DNA of 64,000 nt from Escherichia phage Murica: sequence record NC_041871.1. One strand, written 5' to 3'. The notes under the pieces are model-generated. The model was not told where the DNA came from. It ran no database searches and worked only from the letters and a program-made list of their open reading frames with translations. The position numbers were made by a program, and so were the translations under genes. Shown here piece by piece: positions 24,591 through 34,223 of the stretch (position 1 is the first letter of the stretch; each line of letters starts with the position of its first letter).

Positions 24591-26663
24591 TTATGAGAAG
24601 TCTGGCGGGACAACATCTTCTACATACCCTTTCAGAGCAACCTGCCCCATATGAAGCACGGTAGAATCTCTAGCGGTAACAGTGATGCTGTCAGACATTA
24701 CTTGCGGGTATGCCCACACATACTGTTTTACCTCAGGATATCTATACTCTATAGTTGCCATGTTTCCGCAAATACATCTCCATAAAAATTCTTGGTAATT
24801 CCTGGTTGGGTCGTAACCATATACCGGAGCAAGCTCTTTACTAGGAACGAACCCTGCAAGGTATTGTATTTCAGACGGTTGCCAACCTAACTTAACGATA
24901 GGTATGTTTACAGACTCTTTTGCCTTTTCAATACCTCCCTGCATCACCCAATCGTAGCACTCGGTGCAGAAGAAATCAAGAGCACCTGCTTCCTTTTTAT
25001 ATTGGTCAGCAAGGTTAAGCTTTTGCGTAAGCTCGGTTTCCATAATGGTTGGGAAAAACAGCAGAGCTGTCATCTGAGCTGATGCAGCGTGTGCCTTTAT
25101 TGCCTTTGAAATAGCCGCAATACGAGCGCCAAGCTTACCACGACAAAATGCTACATACTTATCGTAAACACCTCCAGTTTTAGGATCGTCAATAGTCCCA
25201 ATATCTAATGCATACTCGCCTGTCTCATCATAAAACGCCTGTTTTGTAGGGTAATCATAAATACAAGGTCTACGAGTATCGGTATTGTACCACCACCACG
25301 GTTCACCAACCTGCATAATCACTGGCAGGTTGTTTCTCATAGCGGCTGATGCAAAATTCTTAAATACTGCAGTAAGGAAATTCATACCCTCTTCAATGGT
25401 TGGAGACAGGAGGTAGCTACAAGGTGTATACCCTGTTTTAGCGTAGTTATCGTTCCAGTCTCTTTGGGTCCATTCCAACGGGCAGGCATCGCTGAAAAGC
25501 TCAAAACTTACAGATTGCATAACGTCGAAGTTATGTCGTTTGGCATTGTACATAAAATCATCATGCCATTTATAAGCTGCAGCGTTTAGCGCTCCTGTTC
25601 TGTTTATAGACCATTGGGTTCCTGACCATGTGTAGTCATAATAATGACTCATACCAACATAATGGTTTATGGTTCCGGTATAGCCCAGACGCTTGATATT
25701 GTTCAACACCCTTAAAGGAGACACGTTCCACATATCGTCATATGCGGTGCAGATCCCAACATCGTGCTCTCTCACCTGGATATTGTTAAGTTGCATCATT
25801 TTCCAGCCTGTGTCTGGCTGAAGCAGATCTAGGCGCAACTCACACTCTACATTTTCCGTTCTCGGGTCTGTGCTATTACTTACCCAGTCTTTAGGCATAA
25901 GCGGTATTAAAATCCTTCTCACCTGCCGAGGATCAACACCCATCATGTTGTTGTTCTGGTCCATCCCGACGCAGTCCTCAAAATCAATATGAATTTCTGC
26001 AACATTCTTATCCTCTGAGATGCTGACAGCATATTGAGCTAAAGGAACATAGATGATTGTGCCATCAACAAGGTCTACAGTCATAATCATCTTTTCAGGA
26101 GTGGAGAAGTTGCTGGCGTTGGTTATTGACATTCTGAACCAAAGCTTGGTGTTTCTCATCTCATAGTGATCATCAAACCCAATACCGAAATGGTCATACT
26201 TGTCAACTGTTTCCCAAATGCACCCAGCCATACCTCCATATGTTCTTGACACTAAACGGTTAATACAACAGTTGTTATCTGCAACAATACAGGTACTTTC
26301 AGTCTGCTGAGTGGTTGTAACCCAATATCTTGGGTGAAACATTCTCTCCTCAATAGTATCCCAAGATATCCTGTCAAGATTCTCATCTGAAACTATTGTA
26401 CATTTCGCCCTTTGTGTTCCAATCATCACCCCTTGAGATTTTGATGAAAACTCCATAAAGAAGCTTCTTGGCAACCTGTTGGGTAATTTGTCAACAATTT
26501 CCACGGGGATCTCAATACTGGTTGCCCCAACTGGGATAGTTACATCGCCCTCAACATGATCATAATCCCTACCAGGAACGGCAGTATCCTGAACTGTTCG
26601 GTAATGAAACCGTGCAGCCATTGTAGAGTAATCACGGTAAGGTTTAAAAACAGCTGTTGCCAT
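24591..26663 (-). CDS. structural (fiber/baseplate-associated) protein with N-terminal Calx-beta-like domain, 690 aa
   Basis: N-terminal AVPGRDYDHVEGDVTIPVGATSIEIPVEIVD resembles Calx-beta; position between baseplate-like genes and fiber genes. Confidence 0.4.
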   Translation of the reverse strand: MATAVFKPYRDYSTMAARFHYRTVQDTAVPGRDYDHVEGDVTIPVGATSIEIPVEIVDKLPNRLPRSFFMEFSSKSQGVMIGTQRAKCTIVSDENLDRISWDTIEERMFHPRYWVTTTQQTESTCIVADNNCCINRLVSRTYGGMAGCIWETVDKYDHFGIGFDDHYEMRNTKLWFRMSITNASNFSTPEKMIMTVDLVDGTIIYVPLAQYAVSISEDKNVAEIHIDFEDCVGMDQNNNMMGVDPRQVRRILIPLMPKDWVSNSTDPRTENVECELRLDLLQPDTGWKMMQLNNIQVREHDVGICTAYDDMWNVSPLRVLNNIKRLGYTGTINHYVGMSHYYDYTWSGTQWSINRTGALNAAAYKWHDDFMYNAKRHNFDVMQSVSFELFSDACPLEWTQRDWNDNYAKTGYTPCSYLLSPTIEEGMNFLTAVFKNFASAAMRNNLPVIMQVGEPWWWYNTDTRRPCIYDYPTKQAFYDETGEYALDIGTIDDPKTGGVYDKYVAFCRGKLGARIAAISKAIKAHAASAQMTALLFFPTIMETELTQKLNLADQYKKEAGALDFFCTECYDWVMQGGIEKAKESVNIPIVKLGWQPSEIQYLAGFVPSKELAPVYGYDPTRNYQEFLWRCICGNMATIEYRYPEVKQYVWAYPQVMSDSITVTARDSTVLHMGQVALKGYVEDVVPPDFS

Positions 26664-27349
26664 TAACCCTCCTGTCTAGTTGCGTTTACTGTAATACTTT
26701 CACAATAAATGGTTGTGGTGTCCCAATCAGGTCTTACGTCAGGAACATATAGCAAAGTAGCCAGCCCACCAACTCCGAATTGGTTTTCTTCCCACACTGA
26801 TCCGAAGCCAAGAGCTGTAGAGTCCCCTTCAAAACCAAAAGCTTGCCCTTGCGATTCTGTAAGACGCAAATGACAAGGTAATGGTAGCATATCTAAGATC
26901 TGATCGATAGACTGCAATATGTCAAAGCAAGTTTTTCTAATATTTATGTCAAACCTGAAGTTGTCTCCTTTCCACGTATCGAAATTGTCTCTTCCGAACA
27001 ATTGTCGCAAGGTGGAGATGACATCTTCGCGAGTCCCGCCCCTTGATGCTGCGGCCTGCTGAATAATTAGTGTGGCACGAAAATCAGCATCTGAAAGTCC
27101 ATTCCTAAGAATACCAAGTTGATTACCAACTTCGTCAAGGTATCTTCCGCTGGCATTGTTAAGCAATCTTCCTTCAGCCAAACCTACCAGCATCTTATCA
27201 ACATCCTCCAACCTTTTAAGGTATACGGTTAAGAATGTGACTAAATTAACCTTCTCAGCCAGAAAATCTCCAGGCAGGTAGTCAAGACCTCCCTGAACAA
27301 AATCTGGCAGAGTGTGGATGTGATTAACATCCGACTTAATCTCTGCCAT
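26663..27349 (-). CDS. putative baseplate/tail protein, 228 aa
   Basis: Coupled to the upstream baseplate-J-like gene; assigned by gene order only. Confidence 0.3.
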   Translation of the reverse strand: MAEIKSDVNHIHTLPDFVQGGLDYLPGDFLAEKVNLVTFLTVYLKRLEDVDKMLVGLAEGRLLNNASGRYLDEVGNQLGILRNGLSDADFRATLIIQQAAASRGGTREDVISTLRQLFGRDNFDTWKGDNFRFDINIRKTCFDILQSIDQILDMLPLPCHLRLTESQGQAFGFEGDSTALGFGSVWEENQFGVGGLATLLYVPDVRPDWDTTTIYCESITVNATRQEG

Positions 27350-27360
27350 ATCTCGCCGCC

Positions 27361-28851
27361 TTAAATAGTTTGTTGGAAAGTTATATTACTTTCGTCGAGG
27401 TCAAACACCTCGGTCATGTTCGCAACAATATCGTTTGTAGTGTAAGCTTCATCAGAAGCTCCTACGGATTTAACTTGAATTACCAGCCTATTAAATCTAC
27501 CTATTGACACAGCAGCAGATGCAGCACCTACCAATTGGATATTATACAACGTATCTGCAACATCCAGTCCGTTAACAACCTGCAAAAGAGCCTCTATAAT
27601 GGCATCTTTTTCGGTTGTAGAAAGCGCAGCACCGGAGTAGGTAATTCTTACATCTAGGCGGTAGGTGTTTGCCTTGGAGTAATAAATTCTTTCAGTTTGA
27701 CCGTCAGATGTAGTGACATCGTAGAAAATATTACCATAAGTCCTGTTCGTACAGGCTATAGTTTGGTAAAGTGCTTGGCAAATGTCTTCTGTTGCACCAC
27801 CAAACACAACCACTTGGAACTTGTAAGGAGGTATACCTTTAGCATCAGTTTTATCGGTGTTGTTGGAGAACACTCTCACTTTCTCAACACCTTTCACCTC
27901 GCTTACAGCGCTAAGGATTGCAGGACGGGTAGCCTTAGATGTTAACTGTTTTGTGCTGGAAGCTCTTAAGCGATACTCTGAGTCTTTCTCAACATCCCTG
28001 CCCTCATTGAATCTTTCTCGGTTGGTAAGCTTGATAAATCCACTAGGAGTAGGTGACATTGTTGTCACGGTTTCTGCTTCTCTTGACAGCTCACCAGCCT
28101 CGTTAGCGATAACATCCAGTGTGATAGTTCTTTCCCCTACAATCGGGGATACTCTGAAATCTACCCTACTGTTAAGTCCAACTTGATCAAGATTCGAATT
28201 GTACCCTATCCACAACGTTCCTGTCAACATATCGATCTGAATCAAATCGTCGTTCAACAGGGTTGTATTATCGACAATGAATTGCTTAATCTCTCCGTAA
28301 AAGCTTGGCAAATCAGAAGAGTCCAGAGATTTATCTGTTAAAACCAGGCTTTTTGTTTTGATACTTCCATCTGTCTGGTTGGTAATTTGGAAGTTGTATT
28401 TCCCAATCCTTAGGTCTGGAGCATTTATTCTGTGAGCAATAAGATTCCCTGCTACTTGCACATCGTTGCTAAGAACAAAGTTGCCACTGTCCAGCGTATA
28501 AGTTTTGGAATCATAAATCATATTGTACGGCACAGTTGTGTTGATTGTCAACTGGCAGGTACCTGATGATTTAGAACGGCCTCTTCGGTAAATACCCTGT
28601 CTTCCAAGAAGCTCATCTAGGTAAATACCTTCTGCCCCATACAGCGTCTGTGATGCGTATACAGATGCTGCCATAAGAATAAGTTGATACTCTCGCTCGT
28701 TGAAGATAGTGGTCAGCTTATCTGCAACGGAGTTACTCTGTACGTTGAAGTTTTCGCCAAAAGCACGGATCAGGCTTTGCTTAGTTTCAACGATTAGGTC
28801 ATTTAGGGTTGGTATAACGAAACCAGCCTCTGTCAATCCATACTTAGCCAC
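27361..28851 (-). CDS. putative baseplate wedge protein (J/gp6-like), 496 aa
   Basis: Size and position in the tail module; no diagnostic motif. Confidence 0.35.
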   Translation of the reverse strand: MAKYGLTEAGFVIPTLNDLIVETKQSLIRAFGENFNVQSNSVADKLTTIFNEREYQLILMAASVYASQTLYGAEGIYLDELLGRQGIYRRGRSKSSGTCQLTINTTVPYNMIYDSKTYTLDSGNFVLSNDVQVAGNLIAHRINAPDLRIGKYNFQITNQTDGSIKTKSLVLTDKSLDSSDLPSFYGEIKQFIVDNTTLLNDDLIQIDMLTGTLWIGYNSNLDQVGLNSRVDFRVSPIVGERTITLDVIANEAGELSREAETVTTMSPTPSGFIKLTNRERFNEGRDVEKDSEYRLRASSTKQLTSKATRPAILSAVSEVKGVEKVRVFSNNTDKTDAKGIPPYKFQVVVFGGATEDICQALYQTIACTNRTYGNIFYDVTTSDGQTERIYYSKANTYRLDVRITYSGAALSTTEKDAIIEALLQVVNGLDVADTLYNIQLVGAASAAVSIGRFNRLVIQVKSVGASDEAYTTNDIVANMTEVFDLDESNITFQQTI

Positions 28852-28884
28852 GTCACTCCTCCGGTATGAAAATCTCTACAAGGT

Positions 28885-28913
28885 ATTTTACCAAATTTTG
28901 TAACAATAGTCAA
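28885..28913 (-). promoter_or_regulatory. sigma70-like promoter TTGACT-N17-TAAAAT with TGG extended -10
   Basis: -35 is reverse complement of 28908-28913, -10 is reverse complement of 28885-28890, 17-nt spacer; follows a terminator. Confidence 0.55.
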
Positions 28914-28931
28914 TCTGAGCATAAAAATAAA

Positions 28932-28947
28932 CCCCGCCGAAGCGGGG
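28932..28947 (-). terminator. rho-independent terminator, hairpin CCCCGC-CGAA-GCGGGG
   Basis: Same 16-mer as at 2501-2516; followed on the minus strand by TTTATTTTTAT. Confidence 0.65.
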
Positions 28948-28956
28948 CTTTAAAGG

Positions 28957-31900
28957 TTAGTCGTGAGACTCGTTCCAAGGTCCCTGGAAGCTTGAGTTAG
29001 AACGACTAACGATCACAGTGGGACAGGAGATTGTGACACCTGTCACGCTAGACGTTGACCACGGTGTGTAAATCTCGACAATAATGTCTATAGTTTGTTC
29101 ACCTAGACCAGTTATCCCTACCGCACACATGCCGTTGTTGTCGTTTCCGTACTTCTTACCTGCAAGGATTTGATGTCCGGCTATCCAAACGTTAAGCTGG
29201 GAGCCAGACAATGTTCCGTTTAGTTTAAAGAAGAATGTTACGTTCTTACCTTGTCCTGAAACGTTGTCCACATATCTCCACCTCCAACGGCAAACCCTCT
29301 GCTGCGAGTTGTATACTGGAGGACAGTCACCGTAGGTTCTGTGTGCAACTATTGCACCTTCGAACTGGTTAGCACGGATAACAGAAGCTTCTACCCGCCC
29401 ACGGAAGGTACCTCCAGTTGCATCTATGGTACCCCTAAAGTTACCATTATTGGCATAAACATCTCCACGGAAGGTACCACTGGTGGCGTTAACTGCCCCT
29501 GTGAAGTTACCAGAACTGGCGTTGATGTTGCCTTTCACCCACACATCCATAAATTGGGCGTGCCCGTTCTTGTTAATGTACCAACCGTATTTATGGTACC
29601 CGTTGCCATCGTAGTTGTTTGACGAAATTTCTTGTGCGATCTTGGCAGAGGAGATCGTGCCATTCTCTATAAAAGCGTCTTTCAAGAACGCTTGGTTGTT
29701 CTTGATTGCGAAAGCAAGGGTTGCTGTTCCATTTCCAGGGTTGTATACCGCAAAATTGTTTGCACTAACCATGAAGTAGGATTGAACTTGTCCTCCAGAC
29801 CCCTCCATGCCTAGCTGGATACCTGCAACATACTTATTCCCTGCAGAGTCTACCTGAATCTTAGCTCCCCACTGAGCATTTATTTTACCCTCAAGTGTTG
29901 TTACAGCTTTAGAGGTATTAGATACTGTAGCCCTGAGCTCATCAATATTACCCATTTCGTCAACAATTTCTTGTTTTGCAGAGGTAAGTTCTTGACGGAT
30001 CGCTGTGGCTGTATTATTAACAAGATCAACTGTTGTACTATTAGTTTCTTGAATAGATGCTTGCAGATTGGCAACCTCTTTCTGCACATCATCTTCCAGC
30101 TTGGTGATCTTCCCTGTAGCTGCCACCAGATCCTGCTTAATAGCTTCCGTTGTCTTATTTAGCAGATCTGTTGTTGCCTTGTTGGTTTCTTGAATAGAGG
30201 AGTTAAGTTTGCTCTCAGTGTTCTTCAACTCTTCCCGCAGAGTACCTTGAGTTGCAGTTATTTGCTCACTCAATGCTTGAGTTTTACGATTAACAAGATC
30301 AACGGTTGATCTATTTGTTGTCTCGATTAGTGACCCAAGCCTACCAGACTCTGCTGCAAGTTTATCGTCAAATGATTGCTGAGCTGCTACCAGCTTACTG
30401 TTAAGGGCAGAAATTTCTCCATTAACCCCTGTAAATTTTTCTGTCGTCTCTCTGACAACACCCTCTATTGTATCCCCAAGCTCTTCAAAAATGCTAGTAA
30501 CACGGTCATTGACTGCACCAACATTTTTATCCATTTCCTTGACTGCATTATCAAGATTGGCGGTAAGCTCTTTATAAGTCTCTGTCTTTTTGAACTCAGC
30601 ATCAATCTGTGGCATAAGGTCTTCTATGGATGTGTAACAGTGGGCTGCACACTCCACAAAAGCAGATGAACCAAAAGCATTTGTTGTCCTGATATACCAG
30701 TAATAAATCTTATCGTTCTGCAGACCTTCAGATGTCCAAGTTGAACCAACACCCATACGAGTGGCTTTTGAAGTAACGGTTGCATCACTGGTATCTGGCA
30801 ATCTTGTCATCCCAGATGTCCAAAAGTCGTACTGGGTGCTTACACTAGCCAAGTCTCTGCTGTGCGGGATCAGGGTAATAGCAAAGTATCCCTGTTTAAC
30901 CTCCACAGAAACAGGAGCTTCAGGTGCCTGAATGTTGAACTCACAATATGCTTCCGGAGATACGCCACCTTTATAAGATGTTGCAACCACGGTTGCTGTG
31001 TATGACCCTTTTGTCAAACCTTCTACTCTGACAAACTGCTCAACTGTCTGTGCTGTCCAAACAATCTCTCCGTTCTTTCTTACCTGCACAATATTTTGAG
31101 CGTAAGTCCCAACGTTGTCCCAGGCCAAAACACCGTGAGTTACTTCCCCAGCTTGGAGAACGGAGTATCTGAAGTTTTGCGGCTGAGCTACACCGGACGG
31201 GGATATCGGAATATCTACATCGCCGGAATCCGGAAGTTGCCCTGTGGCATCATTCCACTCTTTAGCATCTTGACGAAGTTTTACCTTGACACCGCCCTTT
31301 TTGGTGAACTCCCATTCAAGAACCCTCATTTCTTGGCCCACTATACCAATACTTGGGAGGTCCATTGTAACATAACGGCCAGGCTTAAATTTAAAACCTC
31401 GCATATTGCAGGTGACTTCAATAATCCTGCCAGCTCTAGCACGTCTTAAGAAGATTGCAGAAACACGCTGAGCTTGATAAGGGCTGGTAACAAAGCGATA
31501 GTCTATATCGATTATCTTTCTTTCTCCATCCTTCTCTATCCACTCTGGGACAAACACTGATGGAAAATCTGTTTCAGAATACCCTTTGGTAGGACTGGTG
31601 AATCTGCCAGTTATTGTGTTGGATCTTTTGTCAAATGAGGCTTCCGGATAGATCTTGACCTCACCACAGACACAATCCTCACTCAGTGTCATTGTTGCCG
31701 GGCCATAGTATGCACCAACCAGCAAACCATACTTACCAGCTACATAGCTGAGATCTGCACCACAAGCTTTCAGCATTTCTGCCATAATGCTTGCTGGGGC
31801 CTCATCCATGTCAAACTCACCGTTAATGGTGTAACGTCGCTCACTGGTTCCGTCAGCGTTTTTTACCGCCTCGTCGCATATGTTGGCAGCCTCCTTGAAG

Positions 31901-32556
31901 GACTCCCAGTTAATGGTTTCGTCAGGACATTTGAGGTACGTTCTTAAATAGTCTAGGATCACCAAGGCCGCGTTATTGGTATACACTTCTTTACTGATAC
32001 GAGGATCATAGCATTTTTTACCAACCTTGACAAGTGTAACGTTTGGCAACCCAAAAGGAAACTTGTTAGGGTCAAACCTGAAGCTGGCACGTAGCCAACT
32101 GATCCCTCTACCTATCATGTCGGGTGACCATGATGGGCAGTGTGTACCCATGAAAGGATCAGATGTTTTTCTGTCGTTATGTAGCTCCCACGATACCAGA
32201 TCTCCATACGAGGAAATAGGATTACCGTCGATAAGTATATCTTCTATACCTTCCAGAGGGTGATTGGCAAGAACAATAGCACAATGGAGGGTTCTGTCGC
32301 TATCCTGCTCCAAAAACGCAAGCAATCCGGATGTGCGTGTCTTCCCATACACTACAGAGCAGGGTGCAGCAGAAGATCTGAGAAGCTTTTGTCTATCTTG
32401 CTGACTTCTGTAAGATTTGTTGCCCTCAAAAATCTTATCCAGAGTTCTGGTGGTAACAGTGTTCAGGCTGTCAGCCAGAGCTGCCTTGGATGCGTTCCAG
32501 TCATAACTTGAAGATCTTGCAGAAGCAACGATGTTATCAATCATTGCAATTGGCAT
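28957..32556 (-). CDS. large tail protein (host-specificity/central fiber-like), 1199 aa, with long repetitive coiled-coil and Gly-rich C-terminal repeats
   Basis: Internal repeats (…IQETN..TTDL.N.T..AI.Q.L… several times); C-terminal SGNFTGAVNATSGTFRGDVYANNGNFRGTIDATGGTFRG repeats. Confidence 0.45.
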   Translation of the reverse strand: MPIAMIDNIVASARSSSYDWNASKAALADSLNTVTTRTLDKIFEGNKSYRSQQDRQKLLRSSAAPCSVVYGKTRTSGLLAFLEQDSDRTLHCAIVLANHPLEGIEDILIDGNPISSYGDLVSWELHNDRKTSDPFMGTHCPSWSPDMIGRGISWLRASFRFDPNKFPFGLPNVTLVKVGKKCYDPRISKEVYTNNAALVILDYLRTYLKCPDETINWESFKEAANICDEAVKNADGTSERRYTINGEFDMDEAPASIMAEMLKACGADLSYVAGKYGLLVGAYYGPATMTLSEDCVCGEVKIYPEASFDKRSNTITGRFTSPTKGYSETDFPSVFVPEWIEKDGERKIIDIDYRFVTSPYQAQRVSAIFLRRARAGRIIEVTCNMRGFKFKPGRYVTMDLPSIGIVGQEMRVLEWEFTKKGGVKVKLRQDAKEWNDATGQLPDSGDVDIPISPSGVAQPQNFRYSVLQAGEVTHGVLAWDNVGTYAQNIVQVRKNGEIVWTAQTVEQFVRVEGLTKGSYTATVVATSYKGGVSPEAYCEFNIQAPEAPVSVEVKQGYFAITLIPHSRDLASVSTQYDFWTSGMTRLPDTSDATVTSKATRMGVGSTWTSEGLQNDKIYYWYIRTTNAFGSSAFVECAAHCYTSIEDLMPQIDAEFKKTETYKELTANLDNAVKEMDKNVGAVNDRVTSIFEELGDTIEGVVRETTEKFTGVNGEISALNSKLVAAQQSFDDKLAAESGRLGSLIETTNRSTVDLVNRKTQALSEQITATQGTLREELKNTESKLNSSIQETNKATTDLLNKTTEAIKQDLVAATGKITKLEDDVQKEVANLQASIQETNSTTVDLVNNTATAIRQELTSAKQEIVDEMGNIDELRATVSNTSKAVTTLEGKINAQWGAKIQVDSAGNKYVAGIQLGMEGSGGQVQSYFMVSANNFAVYNPGNGTATLAFAIKNNQAFLKDAFIENGTISSAKIAQEISSNNYDGNGYHKYGWYINKNGHAQFMDVWVKGNINASSGNFTGAVNATSGTFRGDVYANNGNFRGTIDATGGTFRGRVEASVIRANQFEGAIVAHRTYGDCPPVYNSQQRVCRWRWRYVDNVSGQGKNVTFFFKLNGTLSGSQLNVWIAGHQILAGKKYGNDNNGMCAVGITGLGEQTIDIIVEIYTPWSTSSVTGVTISCPTVIVSRSNSSFQGPWNESHD

Positions 32557-32993
32557 TAATACCTCCAGACATCAACAACTATAGAATCTTTCATGTCGAA
32601 CATAAAGACCCCTTTATCACCTTTCGCCAAAATCTGGTTGTTCCAGAACACACCAGCGGTGAGCCCGTTCAGACCTTCGAAGATAACAATATCGCCACGC
32701 TGAACCTGTTTAGGAGTATCTAGTCGAGTCATAAAGAGATCAAAAACAGTAGGCAGGTGTGTGGTTTTGAAACGGAGCATGCACCATCTTTTGCTTTCCA
32801 ACTCTGTTTTATACGTTCCTTCGAAGTTAGAAAGAAAATCTGTTCCGTATTGGGCATCAACACACTTAGCTGCAAAGGTGCAGCAATCGTGGAATCCCCA
32901 TTCAAAAGGTATGGTGGCCTCTTCGTCAAACACTTTCCACAATCTTTCTTGCCAATCCACTAAACGAGGGTGTGTGCTCATTAAACCTCCCAA
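32556..32993 (-). CDS. tail-associated protein, 145 aa, with FHDCC motif
   Basis: Coupled to the 1199-aa gene; the conserved Cys cluster hints at a peptidase-like or assembly role. Confidence 0.3.
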   Translation of the reverse strand: MGGLMSTHPRLVDWQERLWKVFDEEATIPFEWGFHDCCTFAAKCVDAQYGTDFLSNFEGTYKTELESKRWCMLRFKTTHLPTVFDLFMTRLDTPKQVQRGDIVIFEGLNGLTAGVFWNNQILAKGDKGVFMFDMKDSIVVDVWRY

Positions 32994-33547
32994 ATGATCG
33001 GGCGGCTCGCCACCTGATCCACATATTTAAAAAATCTGTCATTATCGTTTCTTGAGCTGTGGCTTTCCTCCGTGTACCGATAAGGAAAACCTCTTAACCA
33101 ACTGTTGAAGATGGAAGAAATGGATATGGACAAAGCACTATTCTCACCCGTCTGAATAGCCATATCTGTTATAAGGCCGTCAAACAAGCCATTGGTTGTA
33201 ACAGGCAGACCATTCTCCATAGCGGTAATGTACAACGTGGCACGACACCCAGAATACTCCGTCTTCAGCAGATCACCCACATACTTAGGATCAAACCCGT
33301 TCAATGTCGCTACCACAGATCCGAAGTTGGTGGCATCTTTCTCAGACACAGCAGTTAATGTTGCTGATCCACCTATCCCTATAAAATGTTGCCCCTCAAT
33401 TACTACAACACCAGTGCCTGAGCACACCCTGACAGTTCCTGTCGGTAGCTCCAGCTTTGCAGCAATTAAGATCTCAACACCATCAAGCTCCAGCTTTTCA
33501 AGAAATAAATTATCTAATGGCGCTCTAATCATCTTAGAAATCCTCAA
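32981..33547 (-). CDS. putative tail protein, 188 aa
   Basis: Overlapping, coupled ORF in the tail module. Confidence 0.35.
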   Translation of the reverse strand: MRISKMIRAPLDNLFLEKLELDGVEILIAAKLELPTGTVRVCSGTGVVVIEGQHFIGIGGSATLTAVSEKDATNFGSVVATLNGFDPKYVGDLLKTEYSGCRATLYITAMENGLPVTTNGLFDGLITDMAIQTGENSALSISISSIFNSWLRGFPYRYTEESHSSRNDNDRFFKYVDQVASRPIIWEV

Positions 33548-34124
33548 AGAAGTTGATAACTATATTATCACCTTTTTGCATAGCATCGACTTTTTGCTTA
33601 ATTTTATAAATATCTCTGATATGAAACCTACCCTTTGGGGATTGAGTTATTATCTCCATAGTATCCCCTGCGGCAATAGGTTTTCTAAGTCTTGGAGATA
33701 TGCTTATAACAGCAGACCCAACACCATCGCTACGCACTGGAGCGGTTACCACTTTCAATTCATCATTGACAGATATTTTATCCCCAGCTCTAGCTATGTC
33801 TCTGTTTGGCTCCCACCCAACCGTCTTCAAAAAATCGTCGTTACCAGTAGGCCCAAGGGCGATTGGCTCATTAGCTGTAACTGAGTGACCGTAAGTTTTA
33901 ATAAGAAAGATGTTTCCATCTTTATACACCTGATCAACAAAGCTCTTAAGCTCTAGCAACTGTGACTCGCTGATATTGGAAACCGTCAAAGTGCCTTTCC
34001 AGTTAGGTGTGGCATAGGTTACTTTTTGCGTTTTACCTGTAAACGGACTTTTAAACGTAACAATATCTGCCAGCAGCTCCAATCTAATATCTGGAAGGTA
34101 TCTAGGCCTTTCCCATAAAAACAT
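33534..34124 (-). CDS. putative tail protein, 196 aa
   Basis: First gene downstream of the 34156-34184 promoter. Confidence 0.35.
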   Translation of the reverse strand: MFLWERPRYLPDIRLELLADIVTFKSPFTGKTQKVTYATPNWKGTLTVSNISESQLLELKSFVDQVYKDGNIFLIKTYGHSVTANEPIALGPTGNDDFLKTVGWEPNRDIARAGDKISVNDELKVVTAPVRSDGVGSAVISISPRLRKPIAAGDTMEIITQSPKGRFHIRDIYKIKQKVDAMQKGDNIVINFFEDF

Positions 34125-34155
34125 TGTGCCTCCAGGTTAAACAATCATGATAGTT

Positions 34156-34184
34156 ATTTTACCAGATTTTAAGTTAATACGCAA
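34156..34184 (-). promoter_or_regulatory. sigma70-like promoter TTGCGT-N17-TAAAAT with TGG extended -10
   Basis: Same -10 context (TGGTAAAATA) as the promoter at 28885-28913. Confidence 0.5.
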
Positions 34185-34193
34185 TACAAACAA

Positions 34194-34220
34194 AAAGCCC
34201 CCGCCGAAGCGAGGGCAAAA
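34194..34220 (-). terminator. rho-independent terminator (variant of the CCCCGCCGAAGCGGGG hairpin)
   Basis: GCCCCCGCCGAAGCGAGGGC stem-loop followed on the minus strand by TTTTTGTTTG; directly after the stop of the fiber gene. Confidence 0.55.
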
Positions 34221-34223
34221 CAG

